A stretch of 63,930 nucleotides of DNA, filler included, from Lama guanicoe (lineage: Eukaryota), in NCBI GenBank assembly GCA_013239625.1. It is 130 parts of 130 records of this genome, joined end to end, with 100 filler letters (N's around TTAATTAATTAA, not from the genome) between each part and the next. Parts side by side here need not be neighbours in the genome. Positions count along the whole stretch, not along the records: positions 1 to 391 come from PNXV01059320.1; positions 492 to 882 come from PNXV01059321.1; positions 983 to 1,373 come from PNXV01059322.1; positions 1,474 to 1,864 come from PNXV01059323.1; positions 1,965 to 2,355 come from PNXV01059324.1; positions 2,456 to 2,846 come from PNXV01059325.1; positions 2,947 to 3,337 come from PNXV01059326.1; positions 3,438 to 3,828 come from PNXV01059327.1; 122 more parts are not named here. The stretch is one strand, 5' to 3'. Below, in pieces: positions 1-13,167 of this stretch. A program made the translations under genes and the position numbers. The notes under the pieces were generated by a model. The model did no database searches. It was not told the origin of the DNA and worked only from the letters and a program-made list of their open reading frames with translations. Position 1 is the first letter of the stretch; each line of letters opens with the position of its first letter.

Positions 1-391
1 TTCCAGCTAAATCGAATTCTCTTCCATAGAGATTCCTAATTCACACCAAACACACAAACCCGACAAGAATTAAAGACCTAATGGTGGAAAACAAAATGTT
101 TCTATGTTTATTTCCTGTAGGAGAATGTGTTTTTGAAATTCGGGTAGGAAAGAAATCTTTAAATAAGATTTAAAGAAAGCATGCTAAAATCATAAAGATT
201 GAGACCTTCAATCAAATAAAAATCTTCTCATTCATCAATGGACAGCAAAAAAAAAACAAAGAAAAGAAATTGGGAACAGATATATGCCATGCATTTGACA
301 ACAAAAAATGGTTAACATCAAGAATACATCAGAACGTCTACAGATCAATTTTTAAACAAGATAAACAACGTAATAGAAAAGAGATCAACAG
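1..391 (+). mobile_element. Old L1 (L1M-type) ORF2 remnant
   Basis: A-rich degraded sequence resembling late L1 ORF2 (attaaagacctaat..., tgggaacagatat..., catcaagaatacatcagaac). Confidence 0.6.
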
Positions 392-644
392 NNNNNNNNN
401 NNNNNNNNNNNNNNNNNNNNNNNNNNNNNNNNNNNTTAATTAATTAANNNNNNNNNNNNNNNNNNNNNNNNNNNNNNNNNNNNNNNNNNNNAAAAAAAAA
501 TGCCACAAATGGTATTTAGGTTGACAGGCAAATTTATAACATATCTAAAGTATGGTATTTGCTATTTCACTACATTTGACCACAATTCAGATCAGTATCT
601 TGATGGCAGGAATTACGCTTATTCAATTTTTATGCAACATAATG

Positions 645-735
645 TAGTTTAAACTGCCTGGGATCAAATCCTGGCTTCAACGCTTACCAGCCATGTGACC
701 TTGGACAAGAAACTCAACCTCTTTATGCCTTTCCT
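645..735 (+). mobile_element. MIR SINE fragment
   Basis: ctgcctgggatcaaatcctggct...ttaccagccatgtgaccttggacaag...aacctct matches the MIR core. Confidence 0.75.
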
Positions 736-1473
736 CAGACTACAGACCTGGGTCTACTTTGTCTTAAGAGGTAACCTCACCCTAGGCCCTTCCCCAGATC
801 CCCAAGGGGCCACATCACCACCATACACCCACTGGCGGTTGGGGGAGGCTTAAAGTGGCCAAGTCTATGAGGTCCTTTCCGGNNNNNNNNNNNNNNNNNN
901 NNNNNNNNNNNNNNNNNNNNNNNNNNTTAATTAATTAANNNNNNNNNNNNNNNNNNNNNNNNNNNNNNNNNNNNNNNNNNNNAGCCCCAGGAGGCCTGTG
1001 GACAAAGCAGTGACAGGTCTGGCCCGGTTCCTCCAGATCTGAGCTCCCAGGCTGCCCTCCCTTCTGCCCTCCAGGCAGCTCTGCACACGGTGGATAAAGA
1101 GTGAAACATGGCCTGGCTGGACCAGTGTGTCCTGGGGTTTTCTGAACAGACCATGAATAAGGGACAGAGGTCTTGAGTGAAAGGACAGTCAGAGGGACAC
1201 AACCAACCAATGGCAATTATCTCAGTATTTCCTTAAAGTGGTCACCAGTTTATCCAGTATTAGATCCCAGAATCTGCTCGCTCATCTGAGCCATTGATTA
1301 GCCAGCACCTTTCACACACACTCAGACCACTGAGTCCAAGGGGAGCAGCTGTGTTGACCAATAACCCTGATCCNNNNNNNNNNNNNNNNNNNNNNNNNNN
1401 NNNNNNNNNNNNNNNNNTTAATTAATTAANNNNNNNNNNNNNNNNNNNNNNNNNNNNNNNNNNNNNNNNNNNN

Positions 1474-1864
1474 ACACACACACACACTCAGCCATAAAAA
1501 AGAATGAAATATTGCCATTTGTAACAACATAGATGGCCTTAGAGGAATTATGCTTTGTGAAGTAAGTCAGACAGAGAAAGACAGATACAGTATGTTTCCA
1601 CTTTAAAATCTAAAAATAAACAAATACATATAACAAAACAGAAGCAGACGCACAGACAGAACAAACTAGTCATCACCAGTGGGTAGAGGGAAGGGGGAGT
1701 GGCAAGACAGGGGTAGGGGATTAAGAGGTACAAACTACTAGGTGTGATAAAGTTAGACACAAGACTATATGGTACGACACAGGGGGAAAGGCCAATATTT
1801 AATAATGACTTTAAATAGAGTATATTCTATAAAAATACTGCATCACTGTGTTGTACACTGGAAA
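1474..1864 (+). mobile_element. L1 ORF2 end and 3' UTR
   Basis: ctcagccataaaaaagaatgaaatattgccatttgtaacaacat followed by a typical L1 3' UTR ending tgttgtacactggaaa. Confidence 0.9.
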
Positions 1865-1964
1865 NNNNNNNNNNNNNNNNNNNNNNNNNNNNNNNNNNNN
1901 NNNNNNNNTTAATTAATTAANNNNNNNNNNNNNNNNNNNNNNNNNNNNNNNNNNNNNNNNNNNN

Positions 1965-2355
1965 CAGCTTTTTTGAGGTATAATTGATTTACAATAAACT
2001 ACACAATTTAAACGTGCAACTGGATGAATTTTCATAAATACATATATACCTAAGAAACCATTGCCATAATCAATATGGAAGCATAGTAGTCACTCCAAAG
2101 AGTTTTCTTGTGTCCCTTTTAAATCCACATCTCCCTACCTTTTATCTTCAGGAAAACACTGAATTGCTCTCTGTCTCTGTGGATAGTTTCTTTTTTCCAG
2201 ATTTTTGTTTTTTTAAGCGAATGGAATCATTGCAATATATATCTTTTTGGTCTGACTTCTTTCATTCAGCATAATTATTCTGACTCATCCTTGTGTTTGG
2301 AGATAGCAAAAGTAATTGCTGACTAGTGTTTTATTGTATGGATATTCCACAGTTT
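1965..2355 (-). mobile_element. L1 (L1MB/MC-like) 3' region
   Basis: cagcttttttgaggtataattgatttacaataaact...aatggaatcat...ttcattcagcataat is an antisense L1 3' end. Confidence 0.8.
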
Positions 2356-3604
2356 NNNNNNNNNNNNNNNNNNNNNNNNNNNNNNNNNNNNNNNNNNNNT
2401 TAATTAATTAANNNNNNNNNNNNNNNNNNNNNNNNNNNNNNNNNNNNNNNNNNNNTGCACACCTGCTCCCGGCCGCCTGCACAGCAGTTTGAGAAGTGTA
2501 AATGCGGAGAGCAAACAGTGCCCTCTGGGGTCCGGCCAGCCAGGGCCTGATTCCCGGGGATGCTGTTTATTCTGTCTCTGAAGTGGGGGTAAGCATGCCC
2601 AGTTTGTGACCTCTGCAGGGATTACATGGGACAGGGGATGCGGGGAAAGTGTCTGGCACACATCCAGCACGTAGCGAGAGCTCAGTATCACCGTCACCCG
2701 TCACTGTTGTATTGTTCATCAACATTGTTCATTACTCTTCCTTCTTGTAAGCAATGGAATAAATCACGGGAACGCTAGTTTCTCTATGAAGTCGGGGTTC
2801 CTAAAATCCCTTTGAGAGGCTGTGCAATTAAGGCCAGTGAATGAAANNNNNNNNNNNNNNNNNNNNNNNNNNNNNNNNNNNNNNNNNNNNTTAATTAATT
2901 AANNNNNNNNNNNNNNNNNNNNNNNNNNNNNNNNNNNNNNNNNNNNTTTTTTTATCACAAATGTTGAATTTCAATTCAGACAAATCTAGATACAATTTTA
3001 AAAGGCTGTATCAGAAGCTAAATTTCAATGTGTATTGGAGAAAATTTTTGTGTATTTTATTGAAAACTAAAACTTAAACAATAATAGTATGTATCATTCA
3101 CTTACTGACAATTCTGGAGGTAATTTCAACCACCTATGACTACATCAACAACTAGGTTCTTCAGTACCAGTGTCTTCAGGATATTAACTTCAGCTTGCTC
3201 CTCATGGTCAGAGTGGTCATGAAATCATCTCTTTATACATCCCCAGGAAACATCTTTATAAAGATTTATATGACAATACTTATCATTGCTGTGGGTTTGC
3301 TTCTAGGCTGATATCATAATAAAAACATAATGGATTANNNNNNNNNNNNNNNNNNNNNNNNNNNNNNNNNNNNNNNNNNNNTTAATTAATTAANNNNNNN
3401 NNNNNNNNNNNNNNNNNNNNNNNNNNNNNNNNNNNNNACGACATCACAGTGATGTTCTCAGAATTAGGGCTGCACCTGTCGGTGATGGGGAGGTGGAGAT
3501 GAGAGCTGAGGTCAAACGGACAGGATTCGGTAAATCCTCTAACAGAGGGAGTGGACTCTGGCTGGACCAAGAGACTCACTTCCTTCCTCTTTATCCCCAC
3601 CTAA

Positions 3605-3828
<224 letters not shown>

Positions 3829-3928
3829 NNNNNNNNNNNNNNNNNNNNNNNNNNNNNNNNNNNNNNNNNNNNTTAATTAATTAANNNNNNNNNNNNNNNN
3901 NNNNNNNNNNNNNNNNNNNNNNNNNNNN

Positions 3929-4319
3929 AGTTAGCTTGTTGGGAACACACAGTTTCTTTTCAGTGGGAAACTGCACTTCTTACAGTGATTTCTCCGTATG
4001 TTTAATACTGCTGGTTTGAAGCTCATGTAGTTTTCACTGTAAAATCGATTTGGAGCTTGTAACTCCCCCTGTATATTTATGTAGTATTATTCCTCACTGA
4101 AAACAAAGTATGTGATACCGAGGACCTTTTCGAATTATGGCTGTCACACTCATTCAATTCTAGGAACTAAGAATGTAGGGAGGGTTTCGTTTATTTAACA
4201 TAAAGAGAATGTTTGGCTGTAGATACACTTTGGTTTCTCAGTATGTTTCCAAGCGCCGTTTTGAAGTTAGTGAAAATTTCACTGTAAAAGCGAATTTGAG
4301 CTTGTACCTCTCCATATAT
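3929..4319. repeat. Tandem satellite fragment, unit about 245 bp
   Basis: gtatgttt at 3996 and 4241, and cactgtaaaa at 4035 and 4280, give the same 245-bp offset. Both copies continue gagcttgta. Confidence 0.75.
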
Positions 4320-4910
4320 NNNNNNNNNNNNNNNNNNNNNNNNNNNNNNNNNNNNNNNNNNNNTTAATTAATTAANNNNNNNNNNNNNNNNNNNNNNNNN
4401 NNNNNNNNNNNNNNNNNNNTAAAGCTGTGGCCCTGGGTGGGAGCTGACTGGCCCAGACAGAGTGAGGCAGGCATGTCCAGGCAAGCTGAGTGTCAAGCAC
4501 TCCTGGGGTGTGGGTCTGAGAGATGCTGATTGGAGTTCGGCTCTAGAGCACATCACAGAAACACATAAGCCCTCATCTCCAGGCCGGTGGCCCCGGAATT
4601 CCAGCAGTGCCCAGCCCGAGGGCTGGGTCCACAGCCAAGAATGGGCTGGCAGGGAAGGAAGGTAGTCACAGGTCACTGGGGCATCAGATAGGGTCCACTG
4701 TGGCCCAGTGCCATGAGGGAACTTGGACACTTACACAGGGTCGTGGAAGTCCCCAGAAACTCACACCCAGGCCCAGGGCTCACAGAGCTATTTCAGAATT
4801 TATGGGCTGANNNNNNNNNNNNNNNNNNNNNNNNNNNNNNNNNNNNNNNNNNNNTTAATTAATTAANNNNNNNNNNNNNNNNNNNNNNNNNNNNNNNNNN
4901 NNNNNNNNNN

Positions 4911-5301
4911 TTAAGTGCAAAACAAACCATAGAAAATAAATATATTAGCTCTGGTACACATCCAAAGACTTTGGTGAGCATTCTCTCTACAAGATATTAA
5001 GGCAGTGAAATGATTCTGAACATACAAATTTTAAAAATAAAAGAAAACAAGTGTCATACATCCCCTTACACATGCTTGAAAGCATCTGGGACTTTGCATG
5101 AATTTTGGTTTGGGGTCAAAGACAGTGTCTGCTCCATTTGAGAGTTTACAACAGACAGGGTCTCTTACTTCAGGTTCTAGCACTAGGAATCCTAACAGTT
5201 CATTCTGACCCTTTGTGTCTTGCATTTCCTTCTTCAGCTGGTCTTCTTTCATTGCCAGCCTGTCAATCTCTTCCAGCAAGTCTTGGTTTGTTCTGATGGG
5301 C
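4911..5301 (-). pseudogene. JAKMIP1: JAKMIP1-like processed pseudogene (3' end of the short isoform plus 3' UTR-like sequence)
   Basis: Minus frame 5300-5097 reads PIRTNQDLLEEIDRLAMKEDQLKKEMQDTKGQNELLGFLVLEPEVRDPVCCKLSNGADTVFDPKPKFM, against the recalled JAKMIP1 C-terminus ...EMQDAKDQNELLEFRVLELEVRDSICCKLSNGADILFEPKLKFM*. There are many non-conservative changes, and the expected stop reads CAA (5094-5096). Confidence 0.75.
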
Positions 5302-5892
5302 NNNNNNNNNNNNNNNNNNNNNNNNNNNNNNNNNNNNNNNNNNNNTTAATTAATTAANNNNNNNNNNNNNNNNNNNNNNNNNNNNNNNNNNNNNNNNNNN
5401 NACAGAGCAAAATAAAATAAATAAAAATGAGAAATAAAAAGAGATAAAAGGAAATGTCAGTGTAAAAAAGTAAATGGTGTACTTGGGACTACCTTGGTTG
5501 CAGCATTAAAAATCTCACATCCGTGGAAATCCCTTGGTCCCAGACCAACCGAGATGATTGGTCATCTTAATAATACCAGCAAAGCATCATTTAGTTCTTT
5601 CAATATATGGAGCCTGGTTCCACTATCTTATTTTATCCTCACAATAATTATTTGAGGTAAGTCACTATTCTGGTGCCTGTTCTACAAGAGAAAATGGGAG
5701 AACCAAAAAGTCAACAAAGTCACACATCAAGTGGTGAGGCTAGGATTCAAAGCCAGGACCCTCAGCCCCAGAATTGAGGTGTTTTTTTTTTTNNNNNNNN
5801 NNNNNNNNNNNNNNNNNNNNNNNNNNNNNNNNNNNNTTAATTAATTAANNNNNNNNNNNNNNNNNNNNNNNNNNNNNNNNNNNNNNNNNNNN

Positions 5893-6283
5893 ATGCCATT
5901 TACAGCAACACAGGTGGATCTGGAGATTATCATACTAAGTAAAGTAAATCAGACATAGAAAGACAAATACGATGTCACACATATGTGGAATCTAAAAGAA
6001 TAACACAAATGAACTTATTTACAAAGCAAAAAGACTCATAGACGTAGAAAAGAAACATGGGTAAAGGGGGGAGAAGGGGGAGTGAGGGATAAATTGGGAG
6101 TTTGGGGTTGGCAGATACAAACCATTATGTACAGAATAGATAAAAAATAAGGTCCTGCTGTATACCACAGGGAATTATATTCAGTGATTTGTAGTAACCT
6201 GTAATGAAAAAGAATATATATGCCTAACTGAATTACTATGCTGTACATCAGAACTAATACAACACTGTACATCAGCTATACTT
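5893..6283 (+). mobile_element. Cetartiodactyl-type L1 3' end
   Basis: gggataaattgggagtttgggg...aaggtcctgctgtataccacagggaattatattcag...acaacactgtacatcagctatactt. Confidence 0.9.
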
Positions 6284-8840
6284 NNNNNNNNNNNNNNNNN
6301 NNNNNNNNNNNNNNNNNNNNNNNNNNNTTAATTAATTAANNNNNNNNNNNNNNNNNNNNNNNNNNNNNNNNNNNNNNNNNNNNCGACGAGAGGTTCGTAA
6401 GGTAAATGAGATTCTACCCACTTGTGTCCCATGGGCCTTTGTTCTTCCCCCTTTCCTTTTATGCAGGTCTGTATGCACAGTACAAACGGAGGGAAGTTTG
6501 TCCACTTTTAGCGGATGGTTTCACACATCTCTAAACTTCCTAACATTTCACAGCACACAGAGACCCATTAAAGAAACTTATAATCCTGTAATATCCTTAC
6601 TCCTACAATCCTTATACGTCGTTTGTTTTCTGCTGACACACCCTCACTCTCAGTTCATGAATCCATTGGTTTAATGGGGTCTGAAATTCGTAGAAATGAA
6701 ACCAACCCCAATGTGCACTTTACTGTCTATCTCTTTTCCCTTAGTACACTTCTTCTGAGCTACTTGTCTTTGTTNNNNNNNNNNNNNNNNNNNNNNNNNN
6801 NNNNNNNNNNNNNNNNNNTTAATTAATTAANNNNNNNNNNNNNNNNNNNNNNNNNNNNNNNNNNNNNNNNNNNNGTGTTCTTTCCGGAGATGCCTGAGCC
6901 AGGAACATTCTCCAGAAGTGCACTTTTCCCTCCTAGGAGGTGCCCTCCTGACAGCATTCGCTGTCTGGGTGAGGAGGAAGAGTCTGCAACAACAGTCATT
7001 CCTGTGTTACATGGTCATCGTTGCCAACAGGTGATCAAAGCAGGACCCCACTTTGCGGAAATGTTTTTCTGCAGCCTTGTCTCTAGGATTAATCAGCCAA
7101 AAAAAATTGCTGATAAATTCTCCCTTTTCCGATGACCAATTCACAGCTAAGAGAGCAGTTTACAGAGCTGGCAGGTTATAAAGAGTCACAGAAAAGAAGA
7201 GCCACCACAGTGGCACTCAGGCCTTCTTTCAGACAGTCCTCGACACTGGATTTTCTCACCTCCAGNNNNNNNNNNNNNNNNNNNNNNNNNNNNNNNNNNN
7301 NNNNNNNNNTTAATTAATTAANNNNNNNNNNNNNNNNNNNNNNNNNNNNNNNNNNNNNNNNNNNNTTTTTTAAACAAAATCAGCTTTAAAAAGTGAGACT
7401 ATGCAAGAACGTGCTAGCGTCTCATCATTATCATCATTACTATTATTTTTCCGTTTTTGATTTCTATACATAATATTCTCTCTTCACTGGAGCCATATTT
7501 GCCCCTTCTGCTTCTCGGCTCACTTGGTGTATACCTCCAGGTTTCAGGGCGAAGACAAGGAAGCATGCTTTTGGGAGGTGGACTGAGGCCCTGGCTGATC
7601 TGGAGGTGAGAGCAGGAAGCATATTAGCACCCTGTCCCACCAAGCTGAGCACAGAGTAGAATCCGACATACTCTGTTCTCCTATTTCAAAAAAATATAGT
7701 GCACGTCTTGCTGATGTTTCGTGTTGCTCCAGTCTAGACTGTTTGCTTTCTGTGTGNNNNNNNNNNNNNNNNNNNNNNNNNNNNNNNNNNNNNNNNNNNN
7801 TTAATTAATTAANNNNNNNNNNNNNNNNNNNNNNNNNNNNNNNNNNNNNNNNNNNNCCATCTCTGGCATCGTCATGGCCACCACATAACCCAAGCACCGT
7901 CCACTGTGTCTGCTCTACTCTGGGTCTGCTTTAATGTCTTCACTCCACAGCAGGGTATAAAATCACAGCCTGATTTTTTGACTTTAATTACATCTTTGCC
8001 ACTAATTTGCCCACACCTGTGAATGGCTTTAGTTTACAGACAAAGTCATAGACTTCACAGTGGCAAAAAAAAGCTATTCCATCTCAGAGCATTCTGGTTT
8101 TAAAATCCAGAATCCCGTCACTACCACACCTTGATACTTGCATTTATTTATTATCTTTATAGCTCTGGAACAATCAGTGTCTTTTTAATAATAAGAAGCC
8201 ACGCTTTCAGAGCTCTTAGAACTTAATTTGGAGTGTTTTGCATACATTNNNNNNNNNNNNNNNNNNNNNNNNNNNNNNNNNNNNNNNNNNNNTTAATTAA
8301 TTAANNNNNNNNNNNNNNNNNNNNNNNNNNNNNNNNNNNNNNNNNNNNCTTTGTCACTGGTCTCCACATCTGGAGAAATAAATCTAATGAAAACTAATGT
8401 CCACTGATTTTTTTGAAGTTCTATATAGACATCAATATCTGGAACTACAAAGAATATATTCTGATTATTTTTATTAAAAGAAATATTAGCTATCATATAC
8501 TATTAACATACATTTACATACATGGTCTCTAATCCTTCCATCAAATCACCCTTCACTCTGTTGTTCAAACCCAAAACTATTATTAAGAGTCTCCTTCATT
8601 CCTTACTTGCCCTCAGTTCTACACTCAATTCACCATCAGCTTGAAAAATATATATGTATATATATCCTATATTTTCCCATCTTTCCCCAGTTTCCTGGCC
8701 ACTGTGCTTGTCTGAGCCAAAATCATCCCTCTCCTTGACCNNNNNNNNNNNNNNNNNNNNNNNNNNNNNNNNNNNNNNNNNNNNTTAATTAATTAANNNN
8801 NNNNNNNNNNNNNNNNNNNNNNNNNNNNNNNNNNNNNNNN

Positions 8841-9232
8841 TTGTAAGTGGAAAACACTCCAGAATCAGTGCAGGGACGGAAGTTAGCCTTTCTTATCTTG
8901 CCTCAGAGTCACACCAGCTCTCACTCTGCACCATCATTTAATCCACACCATCCTCAGCATCTCATTTTCCTCTAGGAACCACACCAGTTCATTATTTTGA
9001 TAAGACTAAGCTGACAGCACCTGGAGAGAAGCACACAGCAGGTATGCTAGGTGTACTCTCATACCAGAGGGGAGGAGATAAGCCCCATGAAATTCAGAGA
9101 CCTGGCACCTCAGTGAAGGTTCTCTGGAAATGTCAAGACATCTCCTCAAATGTTAAGGACAAGCTGCCTCACCTTTTTCTCTGTAGGGTAAGAAAACGAA
9201 CTCCTGTGGGTCTCTGGATTTGGGAAGCAACA
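8841..9232 (+). mobile_element. ERVL (class III) pol/RT remnant
   Basis: Degraded peptides LPQ..., VHYFDK..., EIQRPGTSVKVL...CQDISSNVKDKLPHL resemble ERVL RT (LPQG, VHYIDD, KIQGPSTSVKFLG...CRDIPSKVKDKLLHL). Confidence 0.75.
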
Positions 9233-9332
9233 NNNNNNNNNNNNNNNNNNNNNNNNNNNNNNNNNNNNNNNNNNNNTTAATTAATTAANNNNNNNNNNNN
9301 NNNNNNNNNNNNNNNNNNNNNNNNNNNNNNNN

Positions 9333-9724
9333 GGGTTTGGATAAATGTATTATGATATGCATCCACCCACTTTATGGTATTACACAGAGTAATTTCACTG
9401 CCATAAAAATTCTCTGTGTGCTGCCTATTTATCCCTCTTTCCATCCTAACCCCTGGCAACCATTGATATTTTTACTGTCTTCCTAGTTTTGCATGTCAGA
9501 TAGTTTCCATGTCATATAATTGGAATCCTGCAGCATGTAGGCTCATGCTTTCAATTAGTAATAAGCATTTAAGGTTACTCCTTGTCTTTTCAGAGCTAAT
9601 TGCCTCATTTCTTTTCAGTGCTGAATAATATTCCAGTCAGGGTTTGCCAAAATGTCTTTATCCATTTATCTATTGAAGATCATCTTGTGGCTTTCAAGTT
9701 TGCACAATTATGAATAAAGCTGCT
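9333..9724 (-). mobile_element. L1MC-like 3' region
   Basis: cctaacccctggcaaccattgatatttttactgtct...ttggaatcctgcagcatgtag...aattatgaataaagctgct. Confidence 0.8.
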
Positions 9725-10387
9725 NNNNNNNNNNNNNNNNNNNNNNNNNNNNNNNNNNNNNNNNNNNNTTAATTAATTAANNNNNNNNNNNNNNNNNNNN
9801 NNNNNNNNNNNNNNNNNNNNNNNNCTGCTGCACCAGGGACGGGCGGGGGCAGGCTGCGGACGCTTCTGGGGTTTCTATTTTTTCTTTTATGATCCTGGGA
9901 ATAATTATTTTGCCATCAATCCACCATTTGAAGACACTGGCCAACGTCTGCAGAGTGAACTTCCTGGAAGACAACACCCTGAATAGAACCCCAGAGCCGT
10001 CGCCGTCATCACGCAAACATCACGGTCCACCTTCCTGTGACGTCGTGAGGCTCTGTGTCAAAACAGACAAATAAAGGTCCTTTCTCATTTCAGCCACTGA
10101 GAAGTGAATGCAGCGATTTAGGTGAACAACGCGGCCTTCGAGAGCAAGGCTCCCGTGAAAGGCCCAGGAGGACGCCGGGAAGGACCGTTTGGCTGGCGCG
10201 CCTCCCCCCGGCCCCCNNNNNNNNNNNNNNNNNNNNNNNNNNNNNNNNNNNNNNNNNNNNTTAATTAATTAANNNNNNNNNNNNNNNNNNNNNNNNNNNN
10301 NNNNNNNNNNNNNNNNGATATTATAAAAGATGTTGTGCCAGTAGATTTGATATTTTAGATAAAACTCATTGAAAGACAACAAATTTC

Positions 10388-10708
10388 ATGATCTATTTCT
10401 GTGTAACAATTCACCCCCAAACTTAGTGGCTAAAACTGCAGCCACTTAATGATTTTTCACAGTTCCGGGAGTTGATTGAGCTTAGTGGGCGGTTTTCACA
10501 CAGGGTCTCTCATGTGGCTTCAGTCAGATAGTCGCTGGGATCCTCTAGAGACTTATCTGGGGCACGAGAAATTCTGTATATGGTTCCAGAGTCTATAATG
10601 TGGCCTATGTGGTCCCATCAGCAGTGAAGACAAACTTCTTACCTGATGGCTCAGGACATCCAAGAGAGGAAAGTAAAAGCTGCAAGACTTCTTTAGACCT
10701 AGCCTCGG
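10388..10708. mobile_element. MLT1 (MaLR) LTR fragment
   Basis: tctatttctgtgtaacaattcacccccaaacttagtggctaaaac...tctcatgtggcttcagtcagat is an MLT1-type LTR end. Confidence 0.7.
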
Positions 10709-12284
10709 NNNNNNNNNNNNNNNNNNNNNNNNNNNNNNNNNNNNNNNNNNNNTTAATTAATTAANNNNNNNNNNNNNNNNNNNNNNNNNNNNNNNNNNNN
10801 NNNNNNNNAAAAAAAAATACATGTTTTTACATATTTTATAAACCTCAAGGGAACATGATAAAAAACCACAACTACCACCACAACAAAACCACTTTACATC
10901 AACAGCCATAACTGTAAATAAGAAAGAAAATATATGAGATGTTCTAATATATACCCCCCTTGACTCTGAAAGTACAGAATCAGGGAGCTCTCCCAACCCC
11001 AGGCCCAATTTTTGTCTTTCCTTCCTATAATGCCACATACGATTATATGGAGAGAGTCACACCTAGGCATTCTGCTAAGACATGAGACACCAGGCACGAG
11101 GAGATTCAGGGTAGCACCTAGCCAAGAGTTACCATTTCTACTCTGTGTGACACTGGACACAGAGTCTTGAACCCTTAGGACTCTTGGACCTCAGTATTCC
11201 NNNNNNNNNNNNNNNNNNNNNNNNNNNNNNNNNNNNNNNNNNNNTTAATTAATTAANNNNNNNNNNNNNNNNNNNNNNNNNNNNNNNNNNNNNNNNNNNN
11301 AAAAAACTATGAAAAACTAAGTTTATTGCTTTTAAACTACATTTTCATTTTTAATAGTGTTGATTGTCCATTCTAAAAGATGATGTTCTTACATTTTCTC
11401 CCTCTTTCTCTTCTTTTTTGTTAGACATACTATTTTTATGTTGTCAAGATTTAGAACTTGACATTTTGTTTTGTAATCCTAATTTTCAGTTATTTAGAGT
11501 CACATTAAGAGACAGCTATTACCAGTTTTTCCTGCATTTTCTTTGTACATGAGTGCTTAAAAATGCCTGTGATATTGTTGGCCTGATAATTGTATTGACT
11601 TTTATGAAGAATTTTTAAAAATGCATATTTAAATTGTTAGATGTACTTTAAAATTCTTGATACACTGGACACATTTTTTGCATATCTAATTCNNNNNNNN
11701 NNNNNNNNNNNNNNNNNNNNNNNNNNNNNNNNNNNNTTAATTAATTAANNNNNNNNNNNNNNNNNNNNNNNNNNNNNNNNNNNNNNNNNNNNTCTGTAAA
11801 TCTTGAGTTATTTCTCTTAACCTTCTTCTGGCTGCTCCTTGCTCCCCTTTAATGCATTTTCCTGCAGTGTGGCTACAATGATGGTCTTGCCTTTCCTTTA
11901 GAATTAAGTTCAGAATTCTTAAGAGCTCACAGGTCTTTCGTGGTTTGGCAGCAGGGACCTGTCCAGCCCCCTCGCTCCGGCTTCCCTCTTGCTCTTTGTG
12001 TGCTCACAAAGGTGAACTTCTTTCTGTACCTTACGCAGAGTTGCTGGGCTCTCTGTCTGTGATCTCAGTATTTTATACCTTTTGACATCTCTTTTGAACA
12101 CTCCCTTTCTTCATCTTCTTTTTATTTGCTGGGGAAAAAATCTAAAATTTCAATCAGGAAGCCTTCGTTGTTTCCCAGGGCTAANNNNNNNNNNNNNNNN
12201 NNNNNNNNNNNNNNNNNNNNNNNNNNNNTTAATTAATTAANNNNNNNNNNNNNNNNNNNNNNNNNNNNNNNNNNNNNNNNNNNN

Positions 12285-12675
12285 CTCAAATAAACAATCT
12301 AAGCCACCAGCTAAAAGAATTAGAAAAAGAAGAACAAAAGAACCTAAAAATCAGCAGAAGGAAGGAAATAATAAATGTCAGGGAGGAAATAAATAAAATA
12401 GAGATTTAAAATACAACAGTAAAGAATCAATCAAACCAAAAACTGCTTTTCTGAAAAAGTAAATAAAATCGACAAACCTCTGGCCAAACCCACAATGAAG
12501 AAAAAAAGAGAGCACAAATAAGCAAAATAAGAATGGAAAGTGGAGAAATTACAAAAACTAACATAGAAATACAGAATGTCATATAAGAATATTATGAAAA
12601 ACTATACAGAAGCAAAATGAATAATATAGAGGAGATGGACAAATTTCTGGAAACATACAGTCCACCAAGACTGAA
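12285..12675 (+). mobile_element. L1 ORF2 fragment (between EN and RT), disrupted
   Basis: Translates QINNLSHQLKELEKEEQKNLKISRRKEIINVREEINKIEI*, then in other frames ...KIDKPLA...EEMDKFLETY. Confidence 0.92.
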
Positions 12676-12799
12676 NNNNNNNNNNNNNNNNNNNNNNNNN
12701 NNNNNNNNNNNNNNNNNNNTTAATTAATTAANNNNNNNNNNNNNNNNNNNNNNNNNNNNNNNNNNNNNNNNNNNNAAATTTTATCATTTCCAAAAACAC

Positions 12800-13167
12800 A
12801 GATGATCCTGAAGGCTATTATGCTTAGTGAAATAAGTCATATAGAGAAAGACAAATACTGTATATTTTCACTTAATATGTGGAATCAAAAACTGAACAAA
12901 TGAACACTACAGAAATAGACTCAGAAATACAGAAAATAAACTAGTGATTACCAGTGGGGAAGAAGTAGAGGGAGGGGTAAGATAGGGGAAGGGCATTAAG
13001 AGGTACAAACTACTAAGTCTAAAATCAATAAGATATAAGAATGTCATGTACAACACACGCAATATGGAATATAGCTAACACATAGAATACAGCCAAAATT
13101 TTGTGACTACTTTATACAGAGTATAATCCATTAAAACGTCAAATCACTATGTTGTACACCTGAAACT
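12800..13167 (+). mobile_element. L1 3' end
   Basis: attatgcttagtgaaataagtcatatagagaaagacaaatactg...aaatcactatgttgtacacctgaaact. Confidence 0.88.

Noticed and set aside
9825..10016. Minus-strand ORF KFTLQTLASVFKWWIDGKIIIPRIIKEKIE
   Set aside because: It has a possible acceptor but no recognisable protein match, which is too little support.
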